From a virus (Duplodnaviria; Caudoviricetes), in IMG/VR virus record IMGVR_UViG_3300020336_000246, positions 17,785 to 81,784 of that record: DNA of 64,000 nt. One strand, written 5' to 3'. The position numbers and the translations under genes are program-made. Positions 26,738-37,094 of this stretch are shown here, piece by piece (the stretch's first letter is position 1; each line of letters begins with the position of its first letter). The notes beneath the pieces are model-generated. The model searched no databases and was not told the origin of the DNA. It saw only the letters and a program-made list of their open reading frames with translations.

Positions 26738-26813
26738 GCCGCTTTAGCTCAGTTGGTAGAGCAACTGATTTGTAATCAGTAGGTCCGCGGTTCAAATCCG
26801 TGAAGCGGCACCA
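26738..26813 (+). tRNA. tRNA-Thr(TGT)
   Basis: GCCGCTT/AAGCGGC-A-CCA; ACTGA-TTTGTAA-TCAGT. Confidence 0.97.
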
Positions 26814-26827
26814 TTTTTGAGAAGACT

Positions 26828-27583
26828 ATGGATAAAGAAACAGAATTATTTTATAACACACATAAAGAAAAAACTTTTAAACTTCCGCACCTACCTAGTG
26901 ATATGAATCAGAAAGATGGTGTTACCGTTTGTAAATGGGTAATACAACAAATGCTTTCTAACAAGATTGGTTTTCTTGAACTAGATATGAAGTGTGTTAA
27001 TCAACATGACTACGTGGATCTTGCATTTAATTATAAAGCAAGACTAGAAGCAGATAGAGTTGCTACTAAGATGAAACCCTTACCATTGGGCGAAGTAGAA
27101 GGACTAACCTTATACAATAACAAATGGTTTGAGATGCCAGGAGCAGATGTTACGGAAATAGCTGACTGGTGGTTTAACAATTCAGCAATAGACAAACTTA
27201 ACAAATTAAATATGTGGAATGTGAAGCCAGGTGGCTATGTTCGACCACATAATTTTAATATAGACAAGCCAACTGATAACGTAGATACACTAGATTTGAT
27301 TGGCTGGCCTTTACCACTTATGACTTGTATTAACGAACCAGGATTGGATTGTCATACAGTAGTAGAAGACTTTGGTCTTGTACCTAATCAGTTAGGTAAG
27401 ACATTCTTAATTAATCCAATTAAACTGAGATGTGTAGTAAACACAGGAGCAACAGACAGTATTCGTATGTATGCACACGGACAGATAGGTGTACAGTTCC
27501 AAAGGTTTTGTGATCTAGTTACTAGAAGCTACATTAGATCATTAGCAATACAAGACAGAGAGAAGGAGACAAGTGATGTTTAA
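26828..27583 (+). CDS. Cupin / Asp-Asn beta-hydroxylase-like protein, degenerate
   Basis: VKPGGYVRPH motif; HxD acid residue not evident. Confidence 0.55.
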   Translation: MDKETELFYNTHKEKTFKLPHLPSDMNQKDGVTVCKWVIQQMLSNKIGFLELDMKCVNQHDYVDLAFNYKARLEADRVATKMKPLPLGEVEGLTLYNNKWFEMPGADVTEIADWWFNNSAIDKLNKLNMWNVKPGGYVRPHNFNIDKPTDNVDTLDLIGWPLPLMTCINEPGLDCHTVVEDFGLVPNQLGKTFLINPIKLRCVVNTGATDSIRMYAHGQIGVQFQRFCDLVTRSYIRSLAIQDREKETSDV

Positions 27584-28175
27584 CTTGACACAACCACATT
27601 TAAATCAAAATCCTCCACCAGAGTATAGAATAGAAGATTGGGGTTTAACTGATGACGTGGTAGAAGAATTACATAATTGGGTTAAGGAGTTTAATCCTTT
27701 ACAACGGGCAGAGTACTTAAGAGAAGGTGATGCCGAACACGATGACGACTTGCGTTCTACCGAAATAAGTTGGATTGACACAAGAACTAACCCTCGATTA
27801 TATAATTTGCTAGGTACTGCAATACACCGAGCAAATGATGATTTGTATAGATACTCACTTACGTATTTGGAAACACTCCAATATAGTGTGTATAGTGCAG
27901 ATAAGAAAGGACACTATTCGGTTCATTCGGACGCGGGGCTGAAAGGACAGAACAACGATAGTAGAAAGATTTCATTTAGTTGTTTACTAAATGATCCAAG
28001 CGAGTTTGAAGGAGGCGATCTAACATTGATGCCAGACTCGATTGGTTACCCTATCCAATTAAAGAAATATGAGATATGTTTCTTCCCTAGTTGGATGCCT
28101 CACAAGGTAGTACCGGTAACAAAAGGTACGAGAGTTTCATTGGTTGGTTGGGTACATGGACCCGATTTTGTGTAA
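27573..28175 (+). CDS. 2OG-Fe(II) oxygenase (PKHD/P4Hc-type)
   Basis: HSD, RKISFS, FEGGDL, FPSWMPHKV, RVSLVGW. Confidence 0.9.
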   Translation: MMFNLTQPHLNQNPPPEYRIEDWGLTDDVVEELHNWVKEFNPLQRAEYLREGDAEHDDDLRSTEISWIDTRTNPRLYNLLGTAIHRANDDLYRYSLTYLETLQYSVYSADKKGHYSVHSDAGLKGQNNDSRKISFSCLLNDPSEFEGGDLTLMPDSIGYPIQLKKYEICFFPSWMPHKVVPVTKGTRVSLVGWVHGPDFV

Positions 28176-28190
28176 TTGGCAAACAACCAC

Positions 28191-28219
28191 TTGACTTTAT
28201 TAAACTTTTTTGTTATACT
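28191..28219 (+). promoter_or_regulatory. Sigma70-type promoter
   Basis: TTGACT-N17-TATACT. Confidence 0.75.
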
Positions 28220-28255
28220 ATTACTGTATTTGAAACTTAATTAAGGAGATATTAC

Positions 28256-28504
28256 ATGAAAAATACAATTCAAGATAGTGTATTGGCCGCACTTAAAAAC
28301 GGTTCAGAACTAACTTCTGCTCAACTTAAGAGCAAGTTTAAAGCAGGTAACCCACAAGCGGTTATCCAATCATTGAGATTTGCAGGATACCCTGTGTACT
28401 TAAACACTACTAAGACTGGTGCTAGAAAGTACAGATTAGGTTCTGCCTCAAGAGCAGTTATTGCCGCTGGTTACAAAGCAATGGCTACTGCATCTAGAAG
28501 CTAA
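28256..28504 (+). CDS. Small winged-HTH-like protein
   Basis: AAGGAG RBS; ELTSAQLKSKF..GNPQAVIQSLR..GYPVY. Confidence 0.75.
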   Translation: MKNTIQDSVLAALKNGSELTSAQLKSKFKAGNPQAVIQSLRFAGYPVYLNTTKTGARKYRLGSASRAVIAAGYKAMATASRS

Positions 28505-28516
28505 TTAGCTTTACTT

Positions 28517-28552
28517 AAAAAGGGCGACTGTTTATTCAGTTGCCCTTTTTTT
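28517..28552 (+). terminator. Rho-independent terminator
   Basis: AAAAGGGCGACTG-TTTATT-CAGTTGCCCTTTTTTT. Confidence 0.88.
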
Positions 28553-28577
28553 ATGACTGAATAATAAATACAGTATA

Positions 28578-28745
28578 ATGAAGATCTTAATCGCCTGTGT
28601 ACTCCTTGCATTTATAATGAGTTGCTCCAGGCAGATTTCAAATTGCGAATTAACACCAGACGTAGACATCAAAATATCAAAGCCCACAGTAAAAGAAGTA
28701 CAAGAGAATATTGTACCAAAAGCTACACTCGGCTGTAGTTTTTAA
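28578..28745 (+). CDS. Small lipoprotein, 55 aa; absent from the ORF track
   Basis: MKILIACVLLAFIMSC lipobox; ATG 7 nt after TAAATA. Confidence 0.65.
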   Translation: MKILIACVLLAFIMSCSRQISNCELTPDVDIKISKPTVKEVQENIVPKATLGCSF

Positions 28746-28774
28746 TTGACAAATCCAAAATAATAAACTATACT
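28746..28774 (+). promoter_or_regulatory. Sigma70-type promoter for tRNA-Arg
   Basis: TTGACA-N17-TATACT. Confidence 0.8.
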
Positions 28775-28783
28775 ATAAGCTAC

Positions 28784-28860
28784 GGACCCATAGCTCAGCT
28801 GGATAGAGCGCCAGTTTGCGGAACTGGAGGCCAGGAGTTCGAATCTCTTTGGGTCCGCCA
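28784..28860 (+). tRNA. tRNA-Arg(GCG)
   Basis: GGACCCA/TGGGTCC-G-CCA; CCAGT-TTGCGGA-ACTGG; D-loop GGATA (A20). Confidence 0.93.
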
Positions 28861-28869
28861 AAAAAAGAC

Positions 28870-28898
28870 TTGACAAATGAATATATTGATTATATAAT
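28870..28898 (+). promoter_or_regulatory. Sigma70-type promoter for the ligase gene
   Basis: Perfect TTGACA-N17-TATAAT. Confidence 0.85.
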
Positions 28899-28925
28899 GT
28901 ATATAATAATTAGGAAGAGGCACAA

Positions 28926-30254
28926 ATGAGAACACAACCACAGGCAATCATAGAAAAACTAGAAGCAGACAATTCACGTCTTGCTAAAGAATCAATATTA
29001 TTAGACGCAATGAACGAAGGACTAGATGAGTTCTTTGAAGGTGTAAAGATGGCACTTGATCCATTACACACATTTGGCGTTAAGCAAGTTCCAACCAAGG
29101 ACACAGTAATTAGTGGACAAGGTTGTGAATGGAAAGTATTTGTAGAACTTGCAGATAAACTTAACAAAAGAGAATTAACTGGTCATGCGGCCAGAGATGC
29201 AATAAACCTTGTAATGAGTTCAGCGACAGCAGAACAATGGAATGGGTTTTATAGACGTATCTTAATTAAGGATTTACGTTGCGGTGTAAGTGAAAAGACT
29301 GTAAACAATGTTGCAAAGAAGAATAACTTTGACAAATACATTGTTCCTACGTTCACTTGCCAACTAGCACACGACTCAGCTAACCACGAAAAGAAGATGG
29401 TTGGTCCTAAACAAATAGAAATTAAACTTGATGGTGTTAGGGTGCTAACAGTTATCAAAGATGGTAAAGTAGAAATGTTTAGCAGGAATGGTAAGCAGTT
29501 TCATAACTTTGGACATATCATAGAAGAACTAGAAGCAGTATTAAAACAAAAGCCTGCTCCATATGATCTAGTATTAGACGGAGAGGTAATGAGTGCTAAC
29601 TTCCAAGACTTAATGAAACAGGTACATAGAAAGAGTGGTGGTGTTGCCAAAGATGCAGTACTACATTTATTTGATATGATACCTTTAGACAAGTTCTTAG
29701 AAGGAAAGTATGAAGTAGAACAATCCAAAAGAAGTCAGTATGTATGGCATTGGGTAGAAGCTAATAAAGATGCCTTAGAGCACGTACAAGCACTGGACTG
29801 GGAAGATGTGGATCTAAGTAGCCCTGAAGGTCAAGATCGCTTTGTAGAGCTTAATAAAGCGGCTGTAGACGGTGGATATGAAGGGGTTATGATCAAAGAT
29901 CAGAAAGCAGTATACGAATGTAAGCGATCTCATGCATGGTTAAAAGCCAAACCATTTATTGAAATTACATTAAAAGTAGTTGGTGTTGAAGAAGGCACTG
30001 GACGTAACGTAGGCAGACTTGGCGCAATCATAGTAGAAGGAGAAGACGATGGATACACTTATCACCTTAACTGTGGAAGTGGTTTCACTGACAGTCAACG
30101 TGATCAGTTCTGGGCTGACCGTGATAACCTCATTGATTCTTTAGTAGAAATAAGAGCAGATGCTAGGACAAAATCACAAGATTCAGACACTTACAGTCTA
30201 AGATTTCCTAGATTTAAGACATTTAGAAACTTCAGTAATGGCGAAAAAGTATAA
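28926..30254 (+). CDS. ATP-dependent DNA ligase (T4 gp30-like)
   Basis: EIKLDGVR (motif I), VLDGE, YEGVMIK, WLKAK, SLRFPRF. Confidence 0.95.
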   Translation: MRTQPQAIIEKLEADNSRLAKESILLDAMNEGLDEFFEGVKMALDPLHTFGVKQVPTKDTVISGQGCEWKVFVELADKLNKRELTGHAARDAINLVMSSATAEQWNGFYRRILIKDLRCGVSEKTVNNVAKKNNFDKYIVPTFTCQLAHDSANHEKKMVGPKQIEIKLDGVRVLTVIKDGKVEMFSRNGKQFHNFGHIIEELEAVLKQKPAPYDLVLDGEVMSANFQDLMKQVHRKSGGVAKDAVLHLFDMIPLDKFLEGKYEVEQSKRSQYVWHWVEANKDALEHVQALDWEDVDLSSPEGQDRFVELNKAAVDGGYEGVMIKDQKAVYECKRSHAWLKAKPFIEITLKVVGVEEGTGRNVGRLGAIIVEGEDDGYTYHLNCGSGFTDSQRDQFWADRDNLIDSLVEIRADARTKSQDSDTYSLRFPRFKTFRNFSNGEKV

Positions 30255-30336
30255 TCTAAAAAGTCATTTTTAGTTGACTTTTTATTTTTTTGCTATATAG
30301 TAACTGTATTACATAGATTTGTAGGAGATTGCAGAC

Positions 30337-31635
30337 ATGGCCAAATCGCTCTTAAAAGGAGCTCCTCGTAGAAAGAAAAGAGTTACGAGGCGAGTAAGTC
30401 AAAAGAATTACGAGCCAGATATATCTAATGCAAGTGAATTGGATGGTCCCAGTTTTGGGAGATTGAAGGATGCTTGTTATAACTTTTATCGAATGGAGTT
30501 TAAAGGTTCTGACTATAAGAAGTGGATTATAGAATATTGTAAGAACACTCCTGAATGGAAGAACAAGGTAAAAGTTATTTCTAAGAATCCAGACTGGCGT
30601 TATAGTCCTACACTTGGAACAAGTTGTAGGTTACTAAACAAAGGTTTTCCAAACATTCATGAAGCCTATGCAAAACATTGGTTAACACTCGCCGGCACCA
30701 TGGGAGAAGTAAAACCGATGACTGATTTTATAAATAGAAATCTAAGTGAACTTGAAACAGAAGGTACAAAGGCACTTAAAGAAGTAAAGAAAAAAGAAGA
30801 AGTGGAAAAGAAATTAGAACAGAATAGACCAAACATACAACAAAGAATTCAAACACAATCAATTCTTATGTCAGCCGCTGTGGACGAATGGTTGGACAAG
30901 TGGGGAGATAATCCTAGCAAGTTTGATCCTAAAGGATTTAGAATTAGTAAACATCTAAATGATGTAAAGTGTACACAGGCACACGCAAGAAAGATAAAAG
31001 AGTTTTATTCTAGCGAAATTGCTGAATTTGAAGAAGTATTGAATCCTCCTAGCAAGGCTTCTCGTGAGAAGATGTCCGAAAGAGACAGAGACTATGCAGA
31101 ACAATTAATTGAAGCATACGCAGACTTTGAAAAGAAAGATGTTAAGAAATACTTAGAAGCATTAATGTTATTCATGGGTGCATTAGATATTATCATTGAC
31201 ACAGCCAAAGCAAACAGGAAACCACGTAAACGAATCCGTAGCAAAGAGAAGATGGTTGCTAAACTTAAATTTAGAGTCAATGATGAGAAGTTCCAACTAG
31301 CAAGTATCAATCCGCAAGAGATTATAGGTGCTGAAGAGCTTTGGGTGTTTAACACAAAAACACGTAAACTAGGTAGATATATTGCTAGTAGCAAAGATCC
31401 ACTACATCAACGTAGAGAAGGTACAGGATTGAGTGTAAAAGGAACCACTGTTATAGGGTTCAGCGAAGACGAATCCATACAAAAAACACTACGTAAACCA
31501 GAGGAAAAACTTAAAGAGTTTAAAGATGCTGGTAAGATTAAAATCAAGAAGTTCCTGGACGAGATCAATGCAGTAGACATCAAGCTCAATGGTCGTATCA
31601 ATCCTGACACTATATTACTCAAGACATTAGACTAA
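30337..31635 (+). CDS. Conserved hypothetical phage protein
   Basis: 432 aa with GGAG RBS; LWVFNTKTRKLGRY and QKTLRKPEE. Confidence 0.8.
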   Translation: MAKSLLKGAPRRKKRVTRRVSQKNYEPDISNASELDGPSFGRLKDACYNFYRMEFKGSDYKKWIIEYCKNTPEWKNKVKVISKNPDWRYSPTLGTSCRLLNKGFPNIHEAYAKHWLTLAGTMGEVKPMTDFINRNLSELETEGTKALKEVKKKEEVEKKLEQNRPNIQQRIQTQSILMSAAVDEWLDKWGDNPSKFDPKGFRISKHLNDVKCTQAHARKIKEFYSSEIAEFEEVLNPPSKASREKMSERDRDYAEQLIEAYADFEKKDVKKYLEALMLFMGALDIIIDTAKANRKPRKRIRSKEKMVAKLKFRVNDEKFQLASINPQEIIGAEELWVFNTKTRKLGRYIASSKDPLHQRREGTGLSVKGTTVIGFSEDESIQKTLRKPEEKLKEFKDAGKIKIKKFLDEINAVDIKLNGRINPDTILLKTLD

Positions 31636-31667
31636 ACATTCGAGTTGCTCGTTTGATAAATACTTAC

Positions 31668-32780
31668 ATGAGCACAAATGACATCCAAGATTCTGAATTA
31701 AAAGCAGTAAAAGACGGTTTAGTTAAGCTAGGCGAGTCTATTGAAACTATTGCAAAACGTGAACTACCTAAGCCTGACTTTCAAAACAATGAGATAAGCG
31801 GTGATAAGATTCACGGTGGAACCATTACAGAATTTAGCACATTAGGAATACAAGACAAAGCTACGTCACTTCAATTAGTAGTTGAAAACGATCTTGTAAC
31901 TACTGGCAATTTAAAAGTTGACTTAATTAAAGATACCCTTAAGGTAGAAGAAGACTTAGAAGTAGCAGGTACTATCAAAGCCTCTAAACTAGAAGTTAAT
32001 GAAATCAAAGCTGATGTACGTAATGACAGAACAAGTCCATTAAACTTTGATTGTGAAAACGATACCTTATATGGTAAAGGATTAATGTGGACTGGATCAG
32101 GACATACCAAGCAATTAGTAATGCAGGGCAATCCAGATAGAATAATGTCAACTGAGATAGTAGATACTCTTAAAGAATACAGAATCAATAATGTTACTGT
32201 GCTTTCAGGAAATGAACTAGGTCCAGATATTACAAAATCTAGCATAAGAGAATTAGGCACAATTAAGAATCTAAGAACAGAAGGTAACTTCGTACTAGAT
32301 CAATTTATATTTTACGATGGCGACCATATGCGTTTGGGCATTGGTGCTGACGCAGGCAATGGTCAACTTACAGTTTCAGGTAATGAAGTTGAGTTCATCG
32401 TTGATCCTGGATACGACACAGTAAAAGTTGGTGCATTCACTACAAGTGATATGGAACTTATTACTGATGACCAAACAAGAATTAAACTAAAATCAAACAA
32501 TAGAATAGAAGTTGGTACTGATGCTGATTCTATTACTACTGTTAAAGGAAAACTAGGAATAGGTGTTGAGAATCCAGATGTATGTTTTAGTACATCAGGA
32601 CCGATAAAGATCGAGAATAAAAAGATGCAGGTCTTAAACGACTTGCCAACTCAAGGCGTATATAGAAAAGGTGATGTGATTTGGAATGCAAATCCGACTC
32701 CAACAGGATACGTTGGGTGGGTGTGCATCATGGACGGAACACCTGGAGAGTGGAAACCGTTCGGTCAAATAGGGGCTTAA
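31668..32780 (+). CDS. Hypothetical, probably structural beta-rich protein
   Basis: ATG 31668 lies 5 nt after TAAATA; fibre-like segments. Confidence 0.7.
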   Translation: MSTNDIQDSELKAVKDGLVKLGESIETIAKRELPKPDFQNNEISGDKIHGGTITEFSTLGIQDKATSLQLVVENDLVTTGNLKVDLIKDTLKVEEDLEVAGTIKASKLEVNEIKADVRNDRTSPLNFDCENDTLYGKGLMWTGSGHTKQLVMQGNPDRIMSTEIVDTLKEYRINNVTVLSGNELGPDITKSSIRELGTIKNLRTEGNFVLDQFIFYDGDHMRLGIGADAGNGQLTVSGNEVEFIVDPGYDTVKVGAFTTSDMELITDDQTRIKLKSNNRIEVGTDADSITTVKGKLGIGVENPDVCFSTSGPIKIENKKMQVLNDLPTQGVYRKGDVIWNANPTPTGYVGWVCIMDGTPGEWKPFGQIGA

Positions 32781-32782
32781 AA

Positions 32783-33130
32783 ATGCTAGGACAGATTAAG
32801 TTTTGGCATTGGCTAGGAAGAATAGCCCCGATGGTAGCTTTACTCGGACTTTGCCTATCTATTTGGTTAGATCCAGAACACTGGACAGAATACGTAATCA
32901 TAGGAATAGCAGTAGCATTCGGATCCATAGCATTTGCATGGTGGTGGTGGGTAGTCTATGCTGTCAAAAGCCTTACAGAAATGTTAGCTAAAAGCAGAGA
33001 CGACTTTGAAAAGGTTGTTACAGAAATTTCATCATTAAAAGAAGAACTAGCTAAAGGACGTAGAGCTAGAATAATTGAAAGGGATAACGTTATTCCTTTT
33101 GAAAAAGATCTTAATAAGCCCGACAGTTAA
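32783..33130 (+). CDS. Two-TM membrane protein with coiled tail
   Basis: ATG 32783 just after the upstream stop; hydrophobic segments. Confidence 0.7.
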   Translation: MLGQIKFWHWLGRIAPMVALLGLCLSIWLDPEHWTEYVIIGIAVAFGSIAFAWWWWVVYAVKSLTEMLAKSRDDFEKVVTEISSLKEELAKGRRARIIERDNVIPFEKDLNKPDS

Positions 33131-33276
33131 TCTTTCTTTTCTAAAGACTCACTATCTACTTTTGCTTTATATTTGTCTAGTGTAGGTAAAGGTGGACAAT
33201 CGTTTGCCTGTCCAGGCATATCAATTTCAATCTCAGTACCGTCTGGTTGAGTTTCTTTAGTTTTAAATGAAGTCAC
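33127..33276 (-). CDS. Small hypothetical protein, 49 aa; absent from the ORF track
   Basis: GGAGGTG RBS then GTG; MTSFKTKETQPDGTEIEIDMPGQANDCPPLPTLDKYKAKVDSESLEKKD. Confidence 0.6.
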   Translation of the reverse strand: MTSFKTKETQPDGTEIEIDMPGQANDCPPLPTLDKYKAKVDSESLEKKD

Positions 33277-34858
33277 TTTCACCTCCATAGTAATGATTCA
33301 AACTCATATTCTGTGCATAATATTTTATATTGACGTTTTGCTCTGTAGCATTTGTAGGTCCTGACGCAGTTGTTGTGACCGTACCATTTGCTACACCATT
33401 TGCCGCACTACCTGATCCTTGATCAATTTGAGAATACCCAAAGTTTTGATAGGTCGCAGTAACAGTTAATCTTCCTGACAAATAATATCTAATCTTGAAT
33501 CCATTAGTAATGCTATTGTAAGTTAACAAAGGATAAAGCTCTCCTGTGTCTAAAGCATCATGAAAGTATGCTTCTGACTGTGACTTTATTGATGCCAATG
33601 CTTCAGTTCTTGTGGCGTTGTTGGTTAGCAGATGATTAAAGTAACCTAGGTCTATTGATGAACCGTCAAATTTCTGTAAGTCATATTGTAATCTAAGCAG
33701 TGATGGATATCCATACTCGTTCCTTTGCCAGTTGGTGTTAAATTCGCCATTACCACCAGCACCTCCGTTATACATCATTTCAAAGTTACCAGCATTGTTC
33801 TGCCAACCTATGTTTATAGGTCTGTCTTTGGAAGTTCCAGTCTGATTGGTAACGTACTTGTTAATCAATATCGGACCAGTGTTATTGTTTGTAAGTGTCA
33901 TTGTGAGTGTTGCTCCACTTGTTGAAGCACTCATTACAACAGGTTCACTGGTAGATTGATAATTAGGTGCACCACTGTTGCTGTTCAAACAAGAAGCAAC
34001 GGTACTAGCCCAACCACTGGCGGTGTTTGAATATGCTCCACTGCCTCCTATGTAATTTCCGCTTCCATTTGTGTAAGATGTGTTGTTGGTCCAACCAACC
34101 TGTCTGTAGTTGGTAAATGTACTTGATCCTGTGCTTGTATTGTAAGTGGAATCATAGACATTTATAGTAACATAGGTCCATGTACCTCCTGCCCACACAC
34201 CACCGGATGCTCCGCCAGGTAAAGTTACTTGGAATGATACGTTTCCACCTGAAGGTATTATTGCTACATTTTCGTTGGCTCCTATATTCCTATAGGTAGT
34301 TACTTTCTGGTTATAATCACCACCTGAGAAACTAGATGACAGTTCTATCTTTGCTTCACCAGGGTGTGTCTGAACGTAATTTGTGCTTGGAGTATCTACA
34401 ACATAGACCGCAGTAACATTTGTAGCAGTATCAGTTTTTAAGTAGCCAACAAGTGTACCACTAGCACTACTACTAAAACCTGCGTTGCTAAAGTCAATGA
34501 CCATAAGAGCGTCTGTTGCCGTTGCATTGTTTGTTACTCCTGCTGTTATTAGATTATTATTACCAAGTGTCTGTGATGTGCTAAAATATAATTTGTTTGA
34601 AGCGAACGTCATGTTTGCGTCCTTGACGTCGAATATAAATTTTTGATGTTTCTGAACAACTAGATTTGTTGCTTGACTACCACCGAGTGTGAAAGAACTA
34701 CCTGATACCGCAGGAGTATATCTTATTTCATTGGCCCCGCCAGCCAATGACGTGTCACCAACGTTTCTAATGTACTCACTCAATGATATGGGATTTGTTC
34801 CTCCAAACTCTGTTTGAAGATCTGCGAAACTTATTGCTCCTGAAGTTTGAAGTGCCAT
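33263..34858 (-). CDS. Putative distal tail-fibre adhesin / receptor-binding protein
   Basis: N-terminus MALQTSGAISFADLQTEFGGTNPISLSEY typical of fibre-tip proteins; follows a chaperone-bearing fibre. Confidence 0.7.
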   Translation of the reverse strand: MALQTSGAISFADLQTEFGGTNPISLSEYIRNVGDTSLAGGANEIRYTPAVSGSSFTLGGSQATNLVVQKHQKFIFDVKDANMTFASNKLYFSTSQTLGNNNLITAGVTNNATATDALMVIDFSNAGFSSSASGTLVGYLKTDTATNVTAVYVVDTPSTNYVQTHPGEAKIELSSSFSGGDYNQKVTTYRNIGANENVAIIPSGGNVSFQVTLPGGASGGVWAGGTWTYVTINVYDSTYNTSTGSSTFTNYRQVGWTNNTSYTNGSGNYIGGSGAYSNTASGWASTVASCLNSNSGAPNYQSTSEPVVMSASTSGATLTMTLTNNNTGPILINKYVTNQTGTSKDRPINIGWQNNAGNFEMMYNGGAGGNGEFNTNWQRNEYGYPSLLRLQYDLQKFDGSSIDLGYFNHLLTNNATRTEALASIKSQSEAYFHDALDTGELYPLLTYNSITNGFKIRYYLSGRLTVTATYQNFGYSQIDQGSGSAANGVANGTVTTTASGPTNATEQNVNIKYYAQNMSLNHYYGGESDFI

Positions 34859-34860
34859 TC

Positions 34861-37068
34861 CTACCCCTTAGATTTCAACTGCTCTATTTCTGCTTTCAAT
34901 TCTTTGATTGCTTCTACAAGAAGTCCTACTGTCTTGTCGTATTGTATTCCTAGGTAGCCGTCTTTTTTCTTACGTACTATCTCTGGTAACACCTGTTGTA
35001 CGTCCTGTGCAATTAATCCTGTGTCGTGTTTCTTAACAAAGTAACCATCTTCACCACCACGTTCCTTGATGTGTTCATCTGTCCAATCAAACGTTACACC
35101 TTTCAACATCATGATCTTATCAAGTGCATCTGGAATATTCTGTATGTTTTCTTTTAGTCTGCTGTCTGATGAATAGTAACCTGTGATGTTGTTGGTAGCT
35201 CTTATTTCTCCAGTTGTACCTGAAGCGGCTGTGCCAACACCAAATGAATCAAACTGTACATCATCATCTGTGTCAAGTGTTAATAGTTTACGTTGTGAGC
35301 CTGCACCACTAACTGCCGACGCGGCTAATAATGTTCTTGCCTGTAAAGGTAAATCATATACCCCAGCAGTACCTGAACCTGTAAAATATATTCCTTTGTC
35401 AGCCGCGGAAGTTAATCCTGCAAGTGCGGCCAAGTCTGCGTCATAGGCCTGTACGTCTGAGCCAATGGCAAGTCCTAGTGCTGTTCTGGCATCTGCGGCC
35501 GTTGTTGAATTCGTTCCACCTTTTGCTATAGGAACTGTGCCTAAAGTTATGTTACCTGCCGACGACAATGACAATGGTGCTGATACACTTACGGCCACCG
35601 TACCTGAGCCATTTGGTAGGGCTATAGTTTTAGTCTGATTATTAGTAACAGAGTCCGCACCAGTTAATACTACTTTACCTGAGCCATTGTTTGTTGCCTC
35701 CATAAATTCTATCTTACCTGCCGCAGTGGCACCTGGTGCTATCACAGGAGCAGTTATGTTCGGTGTATCTATTCCTGGAGAGTTAAGTGTCTTGTTGCTT
35801 AATGTTTCTGTACCAGTTGTAGATACTAGAGTTGCATCTGAAACAGCAGTATTAAATTCTGCTAGTGTTCCTGTTAAAGTATTATCTGTAAGATCAATAC
35901 CTTTGTTTGTAAGTGTTTGTGATGCGGCTATACCTGCCACAGTATCATCACTGATAGCAGTTGAAAGTTCTGCAAGTGTTCCTGTCAAAGTATTATCTGT
36001 TAGGTCTATGCTCTTGTTTGTAAGTGTTTGAGTTGCACTTTCAGTAACTGCCGTTATACCGTTTACAGTTAAGCCTGTTGTGATTGCCACACTGGCTGGT
36101 AATCCAATAGTAAATGTTCCTGAGTTTTCACCTACCGTTACTTCACTTGCAGTTCCTTGGAAGGAAACTGTATCACCCAATGAGGCCGCTGTTGAGTTAC
36201 CGCCAACCCTTGCAAAAGTTATACTGCTGTTTGATAATGAACTGTTTGCAATATTTGTTAATGTATTGTCAGGTCCATTAATTGTTTTGTTTGTTAATGT
36301 TTGTGAACCTGCCAATGTCGCCACAGTTGAATCTATTGCGTATGAAATTGTGTCAGTACCTGCTGTGGTTGTTATGTCAATACCTGTTCCACCTACAAGT
36401 GTAAGTAGATCAGCAATGGTATCTGCTACGACATCACTCTGTCCTGATACCCTAATTGTTTTAAATGCTTGTTTGGCTCCACCATAGTCGGCAGTAGCAA
36501 CACCTCCTGATGTGTATGCAGGAAAGCCTGTACTGTTTAGTCCAGTGCTTAAAAGTTCGTCTGTGTACAAATCAAAATTGTTACCATCGATAACGTTCAT
36601 GAAATATTCGTTACCGTTTACGTTGGTCATTCCTACAACATCAACTATGGTTACTGGTGTAGCTTCTGTGTATCCATGTGCGTTGGTAGTTGTTACCCTA
36701 GCAGGATTGCCCTGTGTGATTGCACTTATGCTCTTACTAACACCACCAATCAATGCTGAAATAGTAAGTTGGTTAGCACTATCTCTTACAATGGTCATGT
36801 TACCACCTGCCACTAGTGCTATGTCTTTGTTGTTTGAATTTACGTCAGACAGTCTTATGCTTGTGGTTGATACTGGTACTGTTAAATCATAATCAACATC
36901 TATCTTAAATGTATCCGTAGATGCGTTAGCCCCTGTAAAAGCTACACCATTACCTCTGCTAATATTCAAGCTATCAGTTACACTATCACCTTCAAGTGTA
37001 GCTTCTAGTGTTGTACCGTCTGTAGAGTACAACTTAATATATCTAAAAAAATCGTAAAATGCTGTCAT
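34861..37068 (-). CDS. Tail fibre with C-terminal intramolecular chaperone (peptidase S74-like)
   Basis: SDSRLKENI, GVTFDW, GLIAQDVQ.VLPE, LLVEAIKEL; E1-FCCH-like domain; QTLTNK repeats. Confidence 0.88.
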   Translation of the reverse strand: MTAFYDFFRYIKLYSTDGTTLEATLEGDSVTDSLNISRGNGVAFTGANASTDTFKIDVDYDLTVPVSTTSIRLSDVNSNNKDIALVAGGNMTIVRDSANQLTISALIGGVSKSISAITQGNPARVTTTNAHGYTEATPVTIVDVVGMTNVNGNEYFMNVIDGNNFDLYTDELLSTGLNSTGFPAYTSGGVATADYGGAKQAFKTIRVSGQSDVVADTIADLLTLVGGTGIDITTTAGTDTISYAIDSTVATLAGSQTLTNKTINGPDNTLTNIANSSLSNSSITFARVGGNSTAASLGDTVSFQGTASEVTVGENSGTFTIGLPASVAITTGLTVNGITAVTESATQTLTNKSIDLTDNTLTGTLAELSTAISDDTVAGIAASQTLTNKGIDLTDNTLTGTLAEFNTAVSDATLVSTTGTETLSNKTLNSPGIDTPNITAPVIAPGATAAGKIEFMEATNNGSGKVVLTGADSVTNNQTKTIALPNGSGTVAVSVSAPLSLSSAGNITLGTVPIAKGGTNSTTAADARTALGLAIGSDVQAYDADLAALAGLTSAADKGIYFTGSGTAGVYDLPLQARTLLAASAVSGAGSQRKLLTLDTDDDVQFDSFGVGTAASGTTGEIRATNNITGYYSSDSRLKENIQNIPDALDKIMMLKGVTFDWTDEHIKERGGEDGYFVKKHDTGLIAQDVQQVLPEIVRKKKDGYLGIQYDKTVGLLVEAIKELKAEIEQLKSKG
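35837..36030 (-). repeat. Intragenic tandem duplication, 111-nt (37-aa) period
   Basis: QTLTNKSIDLTDNTLTGTLAELSTAISD versus QTLTNKGIDLTDNTLTGTLAEFNTAVSD. Confidence 0.85.
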
Positions 37069-37094
37069 TTCGTATCATGTCCTAACTTATACTG

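Noticed and set aside
33263-37068. Diversity-generating retroelement or shufflon acting on the fibre genes
   Set aside because: No reverse transcriptase, invertase, TR/VR pair or crossover repeats in the window; the 111-nt duplication differs at synonymous sites, not only at adenines
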